Notes: a model not told the origin generated them from the sequence alone. Counted from the first letter of the stretch, positions 28,223 to 39,000 are shown. The stretch is DNA of 61,911 nt from Syntrophomonas sp. UBA4911 (GCA_002398105.1 DHCD01000010.1:55683-117593), one strand, 5' to 3'. Made by a program: numbers and translations.

Positions 28223-29344
28223 GTGGCTTTATTTGATAGACTCAAAAGCAAAAAACAGGTTAATAGAGGGATAACGGAAGAAGAGATCATACCCCGGGAT
28301 ACGTCGTCTGGTGACGAAGACCCGGCCCTGCATAAAGACTTGCTTTCACCGCTTGAGCAGGAGCCAGGGGAACCATCAGGTGCCGGGACGGCTCCGGAAA
28401 ATGATACGGCGCTTAAGAAGAAAGAGCAGTCCGGCCTTTTGGCCAAATTTAAACATAGCTTGAGCAAGACCCGGGATAACATAAGTGATAAGATAACCAC
28501 TTTGGTCAAAAGCAACAAGAAGCTGGATGAAGAATTCTGGGAGGAATTGGAGGAAGTCCTGATAGAAGCCGATGTGGGGGTTGCTACCTCATTGGAATTG
28601 GTATCAAGGGTACGGGAGAGTGCCCGTAAAAAAAAGATAGGCGATAGTTCCGAGATAATGGGATTGATTCAGGAAGAAGTCGCAACTCTGCTGAAAGCCC
28701 ACAACAGTTCCCTGGTTATAAATAGGGGAGGGCTGACGGTTATCCTGGTGGTAGGGGTCAATGGGGCCGGCAAGACCACTTCGATTGCCAAGATGGCTTA
28801 TCGTTTCAAGAACGAAAATAAGAAAGTTATTCTGGCGGCCGGGGATACTTTCCGGGCGGCAGCTATTGACCAGCTGCAAATATGGGCTGACCGGATAGGG
28901 GTAGAAATAATAAAACACCAGGAAGGCTCTGATCCGGGGGCGGTAGTTTTCGACGCTTTAAGTGCGGCCCGGGCTCGTAAGGCCGATGTGCTGATTATTG
29001 ATACTGCCGGTCGTCTGCATAATAAGGCTAACCTGATGAAGGAAATAGTCAAGGTCAGGAAGATAATTGAACGGGAAATACCTGAGGCTCCCCATGAAGT
29101 ATTGCTGGTACTGGATGCAACCACCGGACAAAATGCCATAAGCCAGGCGCGTATCTTTGAAGAAGCCACCGGAGTCAGCGGCATCATATTGACCAAGCTG
29201 GACGGAACGGCTAAAGGGGGTATAGTCCTGGCTATCGCTCAGGAATTGAAGCTGCCGGTAAAACTGGTAGGACTGGGAGAATCAATGGAAGATCTGCGTG
29301 ATTTTTCGGCAGCGGTTTTTACCGCCGCCCTTTTCGAAGAATAA
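28223..29344 (+). CDS. ftsY: Signal recognition particle receptor FtsY
   Basis: Acidic N-terminal region followed by an NG domain with [18 protein letters not shown] and [10 protein letters not shown]. Confidence 0.94.
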   Translation: MALFDRLKSKKQVNRGITEEEIIPRDTSSGDEDPALHKDLLSPLEQEPGEPSGAGTAPENDTALKKKEQSGLLAKFKHSLSKTRDNISDKITTLVKSNKKLDEEFWEELEEVLIEADVGVATSLELVSRVRESARKKKIGDSSEIMGLIQEEVATLLKAHNSSLVINRGGLTVILVVGVNGAGKTTSIAKMAYRFKNENKKVILAAGDTFRAAAIDQLQIWADRIGVEIIKHQEGSDPGAVVFDALSAARARKADVLIIDTAGRLHNKANLMKEIVKVRKIIEREIPEAPHEVLLVLDATTGQNAISQARIFEEATGVSGIILTKLDGTAKGGIVLAIAQELKLPVKLVGLGESMEDLRDFSAAVFTAALFEE

Positions 29345-29364
29345 AGCTGCAAGGAGGTAATTAT

Positions 29365-30165
29365 ATGTTAACTACAGCTATAATTGGGGGTACCGGGGTA
29401 TACGACCCGGGGCTCCTGGATAACACCCAAGAGATCGTGCAAAAAACTCCTTATGGTACGGCAACCGTAATAACCGGAACCTATGAAGGCCGGGAGGTCG
29501 CTTTTATTCCCCGCCATGGGGGCAGACACAGCATTCCTCCCCACCTGATAAATTACCGGGCTAATATAATGGCATTACATATGCTGGGGGTCCAAAACAT
29601 CATGGCTACGGCTGCTGTAGGTTCCCTGCATTTTGATTTTAAACCGGGCGGCTATGTGCTGGCCGACCAGTTTTTAGACTTTACCCGTACCCGCCAGGGC
29701 ACTTTTTATGAGGGCGGAGAGAAGGGAGTGGTCCATTGCGATATGACCGTACCTTACTGCCCGCGTTTACGCCAGGCCCTGGTTCGGAGCGGTTGTGACC
29801 AGGGAATCAAAATGCAGAATGGCGGAGTCTATGTCTGTACGGAAGGGCCTCGCTTCGAGACGGCGGCCGAGATTGCTATGTTCAAACAGCTTGGGGGGCA
29901 CTTGATAGGAATGACCAGTGTCCCTGAAGTATGCCTGGCCCGGGAGCTGGGTATGTGTTATGCCAACATCTCCATCGTGACTAATTTTGCCGCCGGTATT
30001 GCCCCCGGTGTTTTAACCCACAGTGAAGTACTGGATATGATGCAACAGAACATAAAAGGAGTCAAGGATATACTTATGGGCAGTATAAAATATATTCCTG
30101 ATTATGAAGGGGAAAATTCGTGCGATTGCCGCAAGATTTTAAATGAGCCTGGGGTAATGAAATGA
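29365..30165 (+). CDS. mtnP: S-methyl-5'-thioadenosine phosphorylase
   Basis: IIGGTGVYDP...FIPRHGGRHSIPPHLINYRANI...EGPRFET...GMT, the PNP/MTAP family pattern. Confidence 0.88.
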   Translation: MLTTAIIGGTGVYDPGLLDNTQEIVQKTPYGTATVITGTYEGREVAFIPRHGGRHSIPPHLINYRANIMALHMLGVQNIMATAAVGSLHFDFKPGGYVLADQFLDFTRTRQGTFYEGGEKGVVHCDMTVPYCPRLRQALVRSGCDQGIKMQNGGVYVCTEGPRFETAAEIAMFKQLGGHLIGMTSVPEVCLARELGMCYANISIVTNFAAGIAPGVLTHSEVLDMMQQNIKGVKDILMGSIKYIPDYEGENSCDCRKILNEPGVMK

Positions 30166-31199
30166 TAAAAACACTTGATTTTACTGATGACGGAGTAACG
30201 ATATTAGATCAGAGCTTATTGCCGGAGAAAGTGGAATATATAAAATGCCGTATGGTTGAAGATGTAGCCGGGGCCATTAAAGCCTTGAAGGTCAGAGGAG
30301 CGCCTCTTATCGGGGTTACGGCTGCTTTTGGCCTGGCTCTGGCCATGGCGGCTTATGAAAATGACAGTGATACCATGCCCCAGTATTTTGCTCAAGCCAA
30401 AGCTCAATTGGCTTCCACCCGGCCTACGGCAGTTAATCTCTTCTGGGCTCTGGAACGGATGGAGCAGGTTTTTAAAGCGGCATATAATAATGGCAGCCGG
30501 AAGCAAATCGGGGCACTGCTCAAGGATGAAGCCATTAAGATGCTGAATGAAGACATTGCGGTAAATCAGGCTATAGGGGCAAAGGGGCAGGAACTTCTGG
30601 CAGCCGGTTCGCGCCTGATGACCATATGCAATGCCGGAGCCCTGGCTACCTGCGGTTACGGTACGGCTCTGGGAGTTATCCGGGCCGCAGCCCGGCAGGG
30701 TAAAATCGACCGGGTGTGGGCCTGCGAAACCCGACCCGTGCTGCAGGGGGCCCGCCTTACGGTCTGGGAGCTGATGGAGGACAAGATCCCGGTGACATTG
30801 ATAAGCGATAACATGGCCGCCTATGTTATGCAACTGGGTCAGGTCGATGCAGTCATAGTCGGCGCCGACCGTATTGCTGCCAATGGCGACACCGCCAATA
30901 AAATAGGCACTTATGGCTTGGCGGTTCTGGCCGCTTATCATCACCTGCCCTTCTATGTGGCGGCGCCGCTCTCCACCCTGGATCTGCAGACCGGGGAGGG
31001 AGTCGATATACCGATTGAGGAGCGGCCGGGAGATGAGATCCGTCAGTATCGGGGGGTTCAGCTTACTGTCCCCCAGGCTGATGTCTTTAACCCTGCTTTT
31101 GATATAACCCCCCAGCATCTGATCAGCGGGATAATCACAGAAAAAGGGGTGTTAAAGCCGCCTTATATTGAGACTTTAAAACAAATGTCGGGGAAGTGA
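30162..31199 (+). CDS. mtnA: S-methyl-5-thioribose-1-phosphate isomerase
   Basis: eIF-2B-like fold. RGAPLIGV, TRPTAVNL, CNAG, and GADRIAANGDTANKIGTY. Confidence 0.9.
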   Translation: MIKTLDFTDDGVTILDQSLLPEKVEYIKCRMVEDVAGAIKALKVRGAPLIGVTAAFGLALAMAAYENDSDTMPQYFAQAKAQLASTRPTAVNLFWALERMEQVFKAAYNNGSRKQIGALLKDEAIKMLNEDIAVNQAIGAKGQELLAAGSRLMTICNAGALATCGYGTALGVIRAAARQGKIDRVWACETRPVLQGARLTVWELMEDKIPVTLISDNMAAYVMQLGQVDAVIVGADRIAANGDTANKIGTYGLAVLAAYHHLPFYVAAPLSTLDLQTGEGVDIPIEERPGDEIRQYRGVQLTVPQADVFNPAFDITPQHLISGIITEKGVLKPPYIETLKQMSGK

Positions 31200-31855
31200 A
31201 TACTATGCAGTACCTGTCAGAGAGAGAATCAGTTCTAAACTGTGCCCGGGAAATATATGAATCCGGTATGGTTACCGGTACCTGGGGCAATGTAAGTGTC
31301 AGGACCGAAACCCGGGCGCTTATGATTATAACCCCCAGCGGGATGGATTACAGCCTGCTGGAACCGCAGGACCTGATATTACTTGACGCTACCGGGAAAG
31401 TGGTGGAAGGATCTTACCGCCCTTCGGTTGAGACTCCGATGCACCTGAGAATCTACCGGCAGCGGTCCGATGTCAACGCCGTGGTGCATGTGCACAGCCC
31501 CTATGCCGTAGCTTATGCCGTAGCCCGCCGCAGCATCCCGGTCATCCTGGAAGAGACGGCCCAGGTAGTAGGCCATGAAATTGCAGTAGCAGCCTATGCC
31601 CATTGCGGTACGCAGGCATTGGCGGACAACGTGATGCAAGCTCTGGGCAGCGACAAGAAGGCGGTTCTGCTGGCCAATCATGGGCTGGTGGCTGTGGGAA
31701 AAGACATGGCCGAAGCTTTGAAAGTATGCTACATCGTCGAAAAAACTGCCATGATTGCCCTGCACGCCAGTACTCTGGGAACCGTACAGGCCCTGTCAGA
31801 TAAAGATATAGCAATCCTGAACCAGAGCTTTAAAAATTACGGGCAGAAGAAATAA
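31196..31855 (+). CDS. Class II aldolase/adducin family protein (candidate 5-methylthioribulose-1-phosphate aldolase or dehydratase)
   Basis: GTWGNVS, metal-binding His cluster (VVHVHSPYAV), LLANHGLVAVG. Translationally coupled to mtnA. Confidence 0.75.
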   Translation: MNTMQYLSERESVLNCAREIYESGMVTGTWGNVSVRTETRALMIITPSGMDYSLLEPQDLILLDATGKVVEGSYRPSVETPMHLRIYRQRSDVNAVVHVHSPYAVAYAVARRSIPVILEETAQVVGHEIAVAAYAHCGTQALADNVMQALGSDKKAVLLANHGLVAVGKDMAEALKVCYIVEKTAMIALHASTLGTVQALSDKDIAILNQSFKNYGQKK

Positions 31856-31894
31856 TTATCTGCCGAAAAAATTAAAAAAGGGGGCTTGAATCAG

Positions 31895-33187
31895 GTGAGG
31901 ATTCTATTGGACAACATCGGTTTGATACCAATGGGCGAAGAGAAGGATTATATTGAGAACGGTTACCTCATAATAGAAGGACAATTCATAAAGGCAATGG
32001 GTCCAGGCTCCGCTCCGGCCGGTGTATATGACCGGACCATTGACGGTCATGACCGGGTGGTTTTGCCCGGCCTGGTCAACAGCCATACTCATACTGCCAT
32101 GACCTTGCTGCGGGGCTATGCCGACGACATGCCCCTGATGGAATGGCTGGAAAACAAGATATGGCCCCTGGAGGCGAAACTTACTGGTGATGATGTCTAT
32201 TGGGGAACCATGCTGGCCATAAGTGAGATGTTGAAATCAGGTACCGTATGTTTTGCGGATATGTATTTCTTTATGGATGCTGCCGCCCGGGCGGTGGAAA
32301 ACAGCGGTATCAGAGCCGTACTATCCCGGGGTATGGTGGGAGTGGGACCGGAGAAGGAAATAGCCTTCAGTGAAAGCCGGGATATGGTGAAAAAATGGCA
32401 GGGCGCCTGCAATGGACGTATTACTTGCCGGCTGGGTCCCCACGCTCCTTACACCTGTCCCCCCGACTACCTGGAACGGGTTATGCAGTTAAGTGATGAA
32501 CTGGGGGTAGGACTGCATATACATATAGCTGAAACCAGGGTTGAGCTGGAGGATATTAAAAGGATTTACGGTTCTACCCCGGTAGTTCATCTGGACAAAT
32601 TGGGACTGTTCGAACGCCCGGTGCTGGCGGCTCACTGCGTGCACGTGGATGCCGCCGATATAGAAATACTGGCGGCCAAGCAGGTGGGAGTAGCGCACAA
32701 TCCCGAAAGCAATATGAAACTGGCCAGCGGCATCGCCCCGATACAGCAGATGCTTAAGGCCGGGATAAAAGTGGCGCTAGGGACTGACGGAGCATCCAGC
32801 AACAACAATCTGGACATGCTGCAGGAAATGCGCAGCGCTTCTTTTCTGCAAAAAGTATATCTGCAAGATTCCACGGTCATTCCCGCCTGGCAGGCTCTGC
32901 AGATGGCTACTGCCAATGGCGCCCGGGCGCTGGGATTGGGCCATGAGATGGGACAGCTGAAGCCGGGCTATAAGGCGGACATGATAATTATAGGCTTGAA
33001 ACAGCCTAATATGCTGCCGGCCTATGACCCGATCTCCAATATCGTTTATTCAGCCCAGGCGGCCGATGTGGAAACGGTAATAGTAGACGGCAATATTCTA
33101 ATGGAAGACCGGGTAATAAAGACTTTCGACGAAGAAGAAGTCCTGGCCCAAGTGAAGGAATGCGCCCTGCGCTTGGTGGGGAAATAA
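31895..33187 (+). CDS. mtaD: 5-methylthioadenosine/S-adenosylhomocysteine deaminase
   Basis: Amidohydrolase motifs LPGLVNSHTHTAMTLLRG, HIHIAET, GTDGASSNN. The GTG at 31895 lies 9 nt after an AAGGGGG RBS. The ORF track starts at 31886. Confidence 0.85.
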   Translation: MRILLDNIGLIPMGEEKDYIENGYLIIEGQFIKAMGPGSAPAGVYDRTIDGHDRVVLPGLVNSHTHTAMTLLRGYADDMPLMEWLENKIWPLEAKLTGDDVYWGTMLAISEMLKSGTVCFADMYFFMDAAARAVENSGIRAVLSRGMVGVGPEKEIAFSESRDMVKKWQGACNGRITCRLGPHAPYTCPPDYLERVMQLSDELGVGLHIHIAETRVELEDIKRIYGSTPVVHLDKLGLFERPVLAAHCVHVDAADIEILAAKQVGVAHNPESNMKLASGIAPIQQMLKAGIKVALGTDGASSNNNLDMLQEMRSASFLQKVYLQDSTVIPAWQALQMATANGARALGLGHEMGQLKPGYKADMIIIGLKQPNMLPAYDPISNIVYSAQAADVETVIVDGNILMEDRVIKTFDEEEVLAQVKECALRLVGK

Positions 33188-33218
33188 AGAAAGAATAACG
33201 ACAAAGGTGAGTGGTTAG

Positions 33219-33701
33219 ATGGCGCCGGTTATCTCATTTGTGGGCAGGCATAACTCGGGTAAGACTACCCTGCTGGCGGGTATAGTCACTATATTGGAAC
33301 AGCAGGGAATCAGAACGGCTGTGGTTAAACATGCCAGCAGCGGACTGGATTTAATGGGGAAAAGGGATTCGGATCAATTGTTTCAAGCGGGGGCCAGCAT
33401 GGTTTATGCTGTCTCAACCGGATTATCATTGATTTACCGCCGGGAAAATGATATTAATCTGGAGGCCATATGCCATAAAATCGGCAGTGACTTTGACCTG
33501 ATAATAAGCGAAGGTTTTAAAAAAGAGGCGTTTCCCAAGATAGAGGTGCTGAGAAAGGATATCAGCACTTCTACTCTGGATATAGATAACGTAGTAGCAC
33601 GGGTTACGGATTTCCCGCTTGAGTCCTCAGTGCCTGGTTTTAGTTTCGATCAACGGCAGGATATTGCCGACTATATCCGCAAATATTTTGGCTTAAAATA
33701 A
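33219..33701 (+). CDS. mobB: Molybdopterin-guanine dinucleotide biosynthesis adapter protein
   Basis: 160 aa. P-loop GRHNSGKTTL, plus VKH and EGFK motifs typical of MobB. Confidence 0.85.
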   Translation: MAPVISFVGRHNSGKTTLLAGIVTILEQQGIRTAVVKHASSGLDLMGKRDSDQLFQAGASMVYAVSTGLSLIYRRENDINLEAICHKIGSDFDLIISEGFKKEAFPKIEVLRKDISTSTLDIDNVVARVTDFPLESSVPGFSFDQRQDIADYIRKYFGLK

Positions 33702-33715
33702 CGGCGTTAATATGC

Positions 33716-33759
33716 ACATAAAAGCACGGAACAAACAGCTAAACCGTTTATTCCGTGCT
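33716..33759 (-). terminator. Intrinsic terminator of the fdn operon
   Basis: AGCACGGAA...TTCCGTGCT, a 9-bp stem, followed on the minus strand by UUUUAUGUG. Located just downstream of fdhE. Confidence 0.6.
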
Positions 33760-33790
33760 CCACAACAGTCCTTAACTTAAAGGTATTTCT

Positions 33791-34564
33791 TTAGTGCATT
33801 TGATTATTCTTTTTCGCCTGTTCTGCCAGCCAGCGTTCGGCAGCGAAATTTAACGGGAGGGTTCGCATTTCCTCCCAGAGATAATCCTGCACCGATACCA
33901 TCCGTGAGTCAATCTCTTTGAGGTAATGCCCGCAGACTTGGCAGACTGCCATTTCAATACCTGGAAATTCTTCGCTCTTAAGATACATTTGCTGCTTGGC
34001 ATCTTCACTTCCGCAATGCAGACATCCGACCCGTTTTACCGTCCATTCGAAGCTGCACGATGTACAGTACATCGTTCTGTGACCATGGGGTTGACTCAGA
34101 ACCGCCAGGGTAGCGGCTTCACCGCAAACCGGACAGATGGAACTGGCGGTGGGATCATCTGAAGCTATATATCCTCGGTCAAGAGCCGGAACACCCTGCA
34201 TCTTGGCCTTCTTACCGGCCAGTTGGGCCACCCCGCTTATGGACATCTGCAGACGGGATATCATTTCCGGATTCATTACGATCTGACCGTCGCGAAATTG
34301 CTTCCATAGTTTCCTAAGCTCAGCATCGGGTATTTGAACTTCGGCAATGAGGTTTAATCGTTGCCAAACTTCAATAATTGCAGCTTCCGGCAGATCCATG
34401 AGAGGCAAATACGGAGGCTTTTTACCCCAAGGAAGCGCCTCCAGCCAATAAGAACCGCGTTCTTGCTGCCATTGTTCAACTTCCTTTTGCAGAAGTTTAT
34501 ACATCTTATAGAATTGATTTTCTGCTTCACCTGCAATGGCTGTTTTACTTTTGCTGAGTTCCAT
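33791..34564 (-). CDS. fdhE: Formate dehydrogenase accessory protein FdhE
   Basis: Four CxxC pairs (CPVCG, CTSCS, CLHCG, CQVCG) in FdhE spacing. Operon position after the FDH subunits. Confidence 0.85.
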   Translation of the reverse strand: MELSKSKTAIAGEAENQFYKMYKLLQKEVEQWQQERGSYWLEALPWGKKPPYLPLMDLPEAAIIEVWQRLNLIAEVQIPDAELRKLWKQFRDGQIVMNPEMISRLQMSISGVAQLAGKKAKMQGVPALDRGYIASDDPTASSICPVCGEAATLAVLSQPHGHRTMYCTSCSFEWTVKRVGCLHCGSEDAKQQMYLKSEEFPGIEMAVCQVCGHYLKEIDSRMVSVQDYLWEEMRTLPLNFAAERWLAEQAKKNNQMH

Positions 34565-34619
34565 TTAGATTCTCCCCTTAGTTTTTTTGCTTTTGGGCTA
34601 AACTAACATGGTTCAGAGA

Positions 34620-35279
34620 TTACGTATTCTTGTTTTCTACTTTGACCTGATTGTACCACTTTTCATAATGCTCATAGGCAAATTTTTCCGGGACATAGCC
34701 GTTAAACATTCCCCCCAGGGCCTGATTGGAGTCGGGATGTAAAACGCCCAGATAAAAATGGGCCAGGAAAACCGCCATTATCAATAAGGCAAATCCGGAA
34801 TGGGCGACATAAGCCCATTGCACCAACCACTGGGGCATGGAAGAGGCAAACCACATGATATATCCGCTTATAGCAATACAGAGCAAACCGGTGATCATAA
34901 GCATTGAGTTTAACTTCTCCCCGCCGTTGAACTTGCCTTGGGGAGGGAAGGGCTTGTGTCCGCCAAAGAATTCTATCGGGAAATTTTTGGCGTGGGCAAA
35001 ATCGTCTTTGGTAAATTTAAAGCTGGACTTAGCCCAGGACCGCAGCTCGCGTCCGCTTGCTCCCAAGAGGAAGAAGACGAATATGGATATGGTAAATATG
35101 GCTGCCGCCCACCGATGAATATCGCGGGAGATTTGGATGCCGCCAAAGATGTTGGCAATAGGTTGCAACCAAGAATAAACTAGCGCCGCGCCGGTTAATC
35201 CCAACAATATGAAACAAACGGCGTGGATCCAGTGAAAAATACGGGTACCTGCAGTAAAACGAAATAACTTGCCCTTCAT
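34620..35279 (-). CDS. fdnI: Formate dehydrogenase cytochrome b (gamma) subunit
   Basis: Four TM helices with conserved His residues (RIFHWIHA..., HRWAA, HSGFAL...H), as in the FdnI/cytochrome b561 family. Confidence 0.8.
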   Translation of the reverse strand: MKGKLFRFTAGTRIFHWIHAVCFILLGLTGAALVYSWLQPIANIFGGIQISRDIHRWAAAIFTISIFVFFLLGASGRELRSWAKSSFKFTKDDFAHAKNFPIEFFGGHKPFPPQGKFNGGEKLNSMLMITGLLCIAISGYIMWFASSMPQWLVQWAYVAHSGFALLIMAVFLAHFYLGVLHPDSNQALGGMFNGYVPEKFAYEHYEKWYNQVKVENKNT

Positions 35280-35281
35280 AG

Positions 35282-36097
35282 CTATTGACCTCCTTTCTTA
35301 TCCTGGGATTCCGCTACTTCTTTGCCGCGATTACGGTAATTACCCAGGGCGAAGTTGGCAAAAACCCCGCCGACAACGGCTATAGCCGCACCGCCAATCG
35401 CAATCCCGCCCAGCGGATGGACCAGGTCTTTCCAAAGGGTCAGGGACAACGGAATGGAAGCATTAGAAGGAACTCCATAAATTTCCGGCCGATCCAGGAG
35501 AAGATAGAGATAGGTGGTGCCGCCCATAATGGCATCACCATAAAGCTGAGCTTTAGGATACTCTTTTTTCACCTCATAAAGGCGGTTCTGGGCCAGTTGT
35601 TCCATCTCGTCACGATCGCCAAAATGAAGGGCGCCAGGCTGGCAGGTGCTGACGCAGGCCGGCTTGAGCCCGTTTTCAATGCGGTCGATGCAGCCCGTAC
35701 ATTTGAAGGATTTATTCACGGTTTCGTCCACCTTGGGAACGCTCCAGGGGCAGTTAGCCGTGCAGTAACCGCAGCCGATGCACTTATCGTGGTCAATCAG
35801 CGTATATCCCGATTCGGTCTTATAAATCGCCTTGGAGGGACAGGCTTTCATACAAGCGGCATCAGCGCAATGATAGCACTGGTGCTTGAACATCAGCCAT
35901 TGCATTTTGCCGTTCTCATATTTTTCATGCATGCTGATATAGGTCCAGGTATGGGGCGTAGTCGCTGCCTGAGACTGATAGCTGGTGATGAGCTGAGTCT
36001 TCTCGGCCTCAAGGTCGTTCCAGGCTTTGCAGGCCACTGAACAGGCTCTGCAACCGGTGCATAATGAAGTATCAACAAAAACCATTTTTTCTGTCAT
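35282..36097 (-). CDS. fdnH: Formate dehydrogenase iron-sulfur (beta) subunit
   Basis: Multiple 4Fe-4S motifs (CTGCRACSVACK, CYHCADAACMKACP, CIGCGYCTANCP, CTGCIDR...C) and a C-terminal TM anchor. The ATG at 36097 follows GGAGGG. The ORF track extends to 36130. Confidence 0.88.
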   Translation of the reverse strand: MTEKMVFVDTSLCTGCRACSVACKAWNDLEAEKTQLITSYQSQAATTPHTWTYISMHEKYENGKMQWLMFKHQCYHCADAACMKACPSKAIYKTESGYTLIDHDKCIGCGYCTANCPWSVPKVDETVNKSFKCTGCIDRIENGLKPACVSTCQPGALHFGDRDEMEQLAQNRLYEVKKEYPKAQLYGDAIMGGTTYLYLLLDRPEIYGVPSNASIPLSLTLWKDLVHPLGGIAIGGAAIAVVGGVFANFALGNYRNRGKEVAESQDKKGGQ

Positions 36098-36099
36098 TG

Positions 36100-39000
36100 T
36101 TAAGCCCTCCTTGCATTGACAAGGCAGCATTTATACTCAGGAGTCCCTGCTCCTGGATCACATGCGTTCATTGTCACATTATTTGTACTGGGGCCGGGAT
36201 TCAAGCTGGCAAAACCCCAGCTCCATGGCATCCCGATGGTCTCCGTATCTACTCCATTGATTTTCAGGGTCTGGATACGATCGGTAACCAGGGCGCGTAC
36301 CGTCAGCTTGCCTCGAATAGAGGATATCTCGACTTTATCCCCTTCTTTGATTCCAAGCTTGTCACCCAGGTTTTTGCTCATCTCTGCAAAGGGTTCGGGC
36401 ATAATCTCGTTCAGCCAGGGAATGTTGCGGGTAATGGCGCCTGCGCAGAAGTGCTCGCAGACCCCGTAGGTAGTGAGAACATAGGGATAATCCTTGGGAT
36501 CGCCAAATTCGGTGGAGACGATTTTCGCACAGGGATTATTCTGCACCTGGGGATGCAGCAGATTGGCGGTTGGGCTTTCAATAGGCTCATAGAATTCAGG
36601 CATCGGCCCATCCACGGTCATACCAGCTCCGCGGGTTGGAACAGCCGCTATGCTGTCAGCCGGAACCGGTGAGGCAGATACCCCGCTGGTGTAGCTGGCG
36701 GTAAATAGCCGGCCCAAGCCCTCCGGATTCATACGGAACGCCTGTTTCCCTTCGGGAGTCTCAGGACCCTTGGTCTTATCTACCACATCAGGGCCGTCAT
36801 TTCCGGTCCATACTCCGGCAACAGGATCCCACCAGATCAGTTTGCGTTGGGGGTCAACCGGCTGACCATTGGCATCGCAAGAAGCACGATTATACAGAAC
36901 GCGGATATTGCCCGGCCAGGCAAAAGCATATTCCTTATTCAGGCCCAGACCGGTGGGATCGGCATTATCCCGGCGATCGGCCAGATTTTTGCCCGGCGGG
37001 GTTACGCCGGCATATATCCAGCAACCGGTGGAAACCGTACCAATCGGTGCATTCAGGTATTCAGCCAGGCTGGCGGTAAGCTGGCCGGTGTTGTCATTAT
37101 AGCCATTGAGTTCCTGCAGCACCTTCAAGGGGCTGGCATGGTGGCCATAGTCCCAGTTGGCATTCAAAATTGGAGCATCCTTGGGATCGGTGCTCCCGGT
37201 ATAAAGTTCGCGCATCTTCTTGAAGATACGATCAATAATATCCAGATCGGGCAGGCAGTCATTGAGCGGTTTCAGCGCAACCTCTTTCCATTGGATCAGG
37301 CGGGAGGAATTGGTCATGGTCCCGGCTTTTTCATAAACAAAGGCCGCCGGCAGGAAGATGACCTCGGTTTGGATTGCCTTGGTATTCAATCCCTCTTCAC
37401 GCCAGAACTGGGCGGTTTCGGTATTGAATATATCAGCCACCACCAGCATCTCCAGCTTGGAAAGACCGCGGGCTACCATCTTACGGTCGGGAATAGAAAC
37501 GGTTGAGTTGGAGCCAAAGTTAAAGAGCAGCTTGAATTGTCCCTTTTCCATCCAGTTGAAGAACTGGGACTGGACCGGCATGTTATTCGGATCGTTCTTG
37601 GGCAGCCAGCCGTAGCCGTAGTCGTTCTCGGCGGTGGCATTTTTGCCGAACCAGGCTTTGAGTAGCGCAACCATCGGTTTATACTGAACGGCGCCGTTTT
37701 TTACCGCAAAATCATGCAAGGTTACCTGGGCATTGGTAGGATAGGGAAGATATCCCGGCAGGTTGGCGTTGAGGTTTGCCATATCGGTCGAACCCTGAAC
37801 ATTGGGCTCGCCGCGTAGGGCCTGGATGCCGCCGCCGGCCTTGCCGACATTGCCTAGCAGCAACTGGATAATGGCATAGCAGCGGATGCCCTGTACACCG
37901 GTGGTATGCTGAGTCATGCCCAGAGCATAGAAAATGTTGCCCGGTTTGGCTGCGGCAAATGTATCAGCTATATCCTTGATCTTCGCTTGGGGTATGCCGG
38001 TGATCTTTTCGGCTACTTCGAAGCTATATCTGGAATAGTGGGCTTTGAGTTTCTGGAATACGCAGTCCGGATCATCCAGACTGTCTGCCTTGATGGGCTT
38101 CTTTTCTTCATCAAGCTGGTAGGCCCAGGTAGCATAATCATATTTCTTTTTGCTGGCATCGAAACCTGAGAACAAGCCGTCTTCAAATTTGAAATCTTTG
38201 CTGATCTTCAGCAGCGCATTGGTAAAGTTCAGAACATAGGGCTCATCATAGAGCTTCTGCTCAATATAGTAATTAATCATGGCCCCTAAATAGGCAATAT
38301 CGGTTCCCGGACGAATCTGGGCAAAGATATCCGCTTTGGCTGCAGTACGGGTGAAGCGGGGATCGACCACAATTATCCTGGCGCCTTTAGCCTTGGCGCG
38401 ATTGACCCATTTCATGGCAATGGGATGATTCTCCGCACAGTTGCTGCCGGCAATCAGGAAGCATTGGGAATTCATCATATCCTGCCAGGAATTAGTCATA
38501 GCGCCGCGTCCGAATGAAGGTGACAAACTAGCCACCGTGGGAGCATGTCAGATACGGGCCTGATGTTCGTGGAACGGTGTGCCGATCAGGCGAGCAAATT
38601 TTGTCAACAGGTAAGATTCTTCATTGTCAACCTCAGCCGAGCCAATCATGGCAAGTCCCTCGGCCCGGTTGGCCGGAACAGTTTTCTTTTCTCCGGTTTT
38701 GGCGTCGGTTATCTCGTCAGTTTTCTTCCAGGTTTTTTCCCGGATTTCTACGGTCTTCTTGGCTATACGCTCAATAGCCTCATCCCAGGAAAGTTCTTTC
38801 CACTCAGTAGCTCCTGGGGCGCGATACAGCGGTGTTTTCGGACGGTCCGGAGAATAGGCCACCTGCTCAAGGCTGGCTGCTTTGGGGCAAAGACCCCCTT
38901 CATTGATGGGATTGTCCGGGTTGCCTTCCAAGTGGACCAGTTTTCCGTCTTTAACATGCAGTAGCAAACCGCATCCACCTGAACAGAAGTGACAGATACT

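Noticed and set aside
30216-31118. 300-aa minus-strand ORF inside mtnA.
   Set aside because: It is fully antisense to mtnA, which carries strong family motifs. The antisense product is Gly/Pro/Arg/Ser-rich with no recognisable domain. It is a GC-rich-frame artefact.
35285-36672. Plus-strand ORFs of 251 aa and 202 aa across fdnH and fdnG.
   Set aside because: They are antisense to genes with unmistakable Fe-S and molybdopterin-oxidoreductase motifs. They have no RBS and low-complexity products.
38536-38550. Apparent truncation of the formate dehydrogenase alpha subunit into two ORFs, which could indicate a pseudogene.
   Set aside because: The break is a single in-frame TGA exactly at the conserved selenocysteine position (ARI-U-HAPTVASL), and both flanks stay in frame and conserved. 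It was therefore annotated as one Sec-containing CDS.
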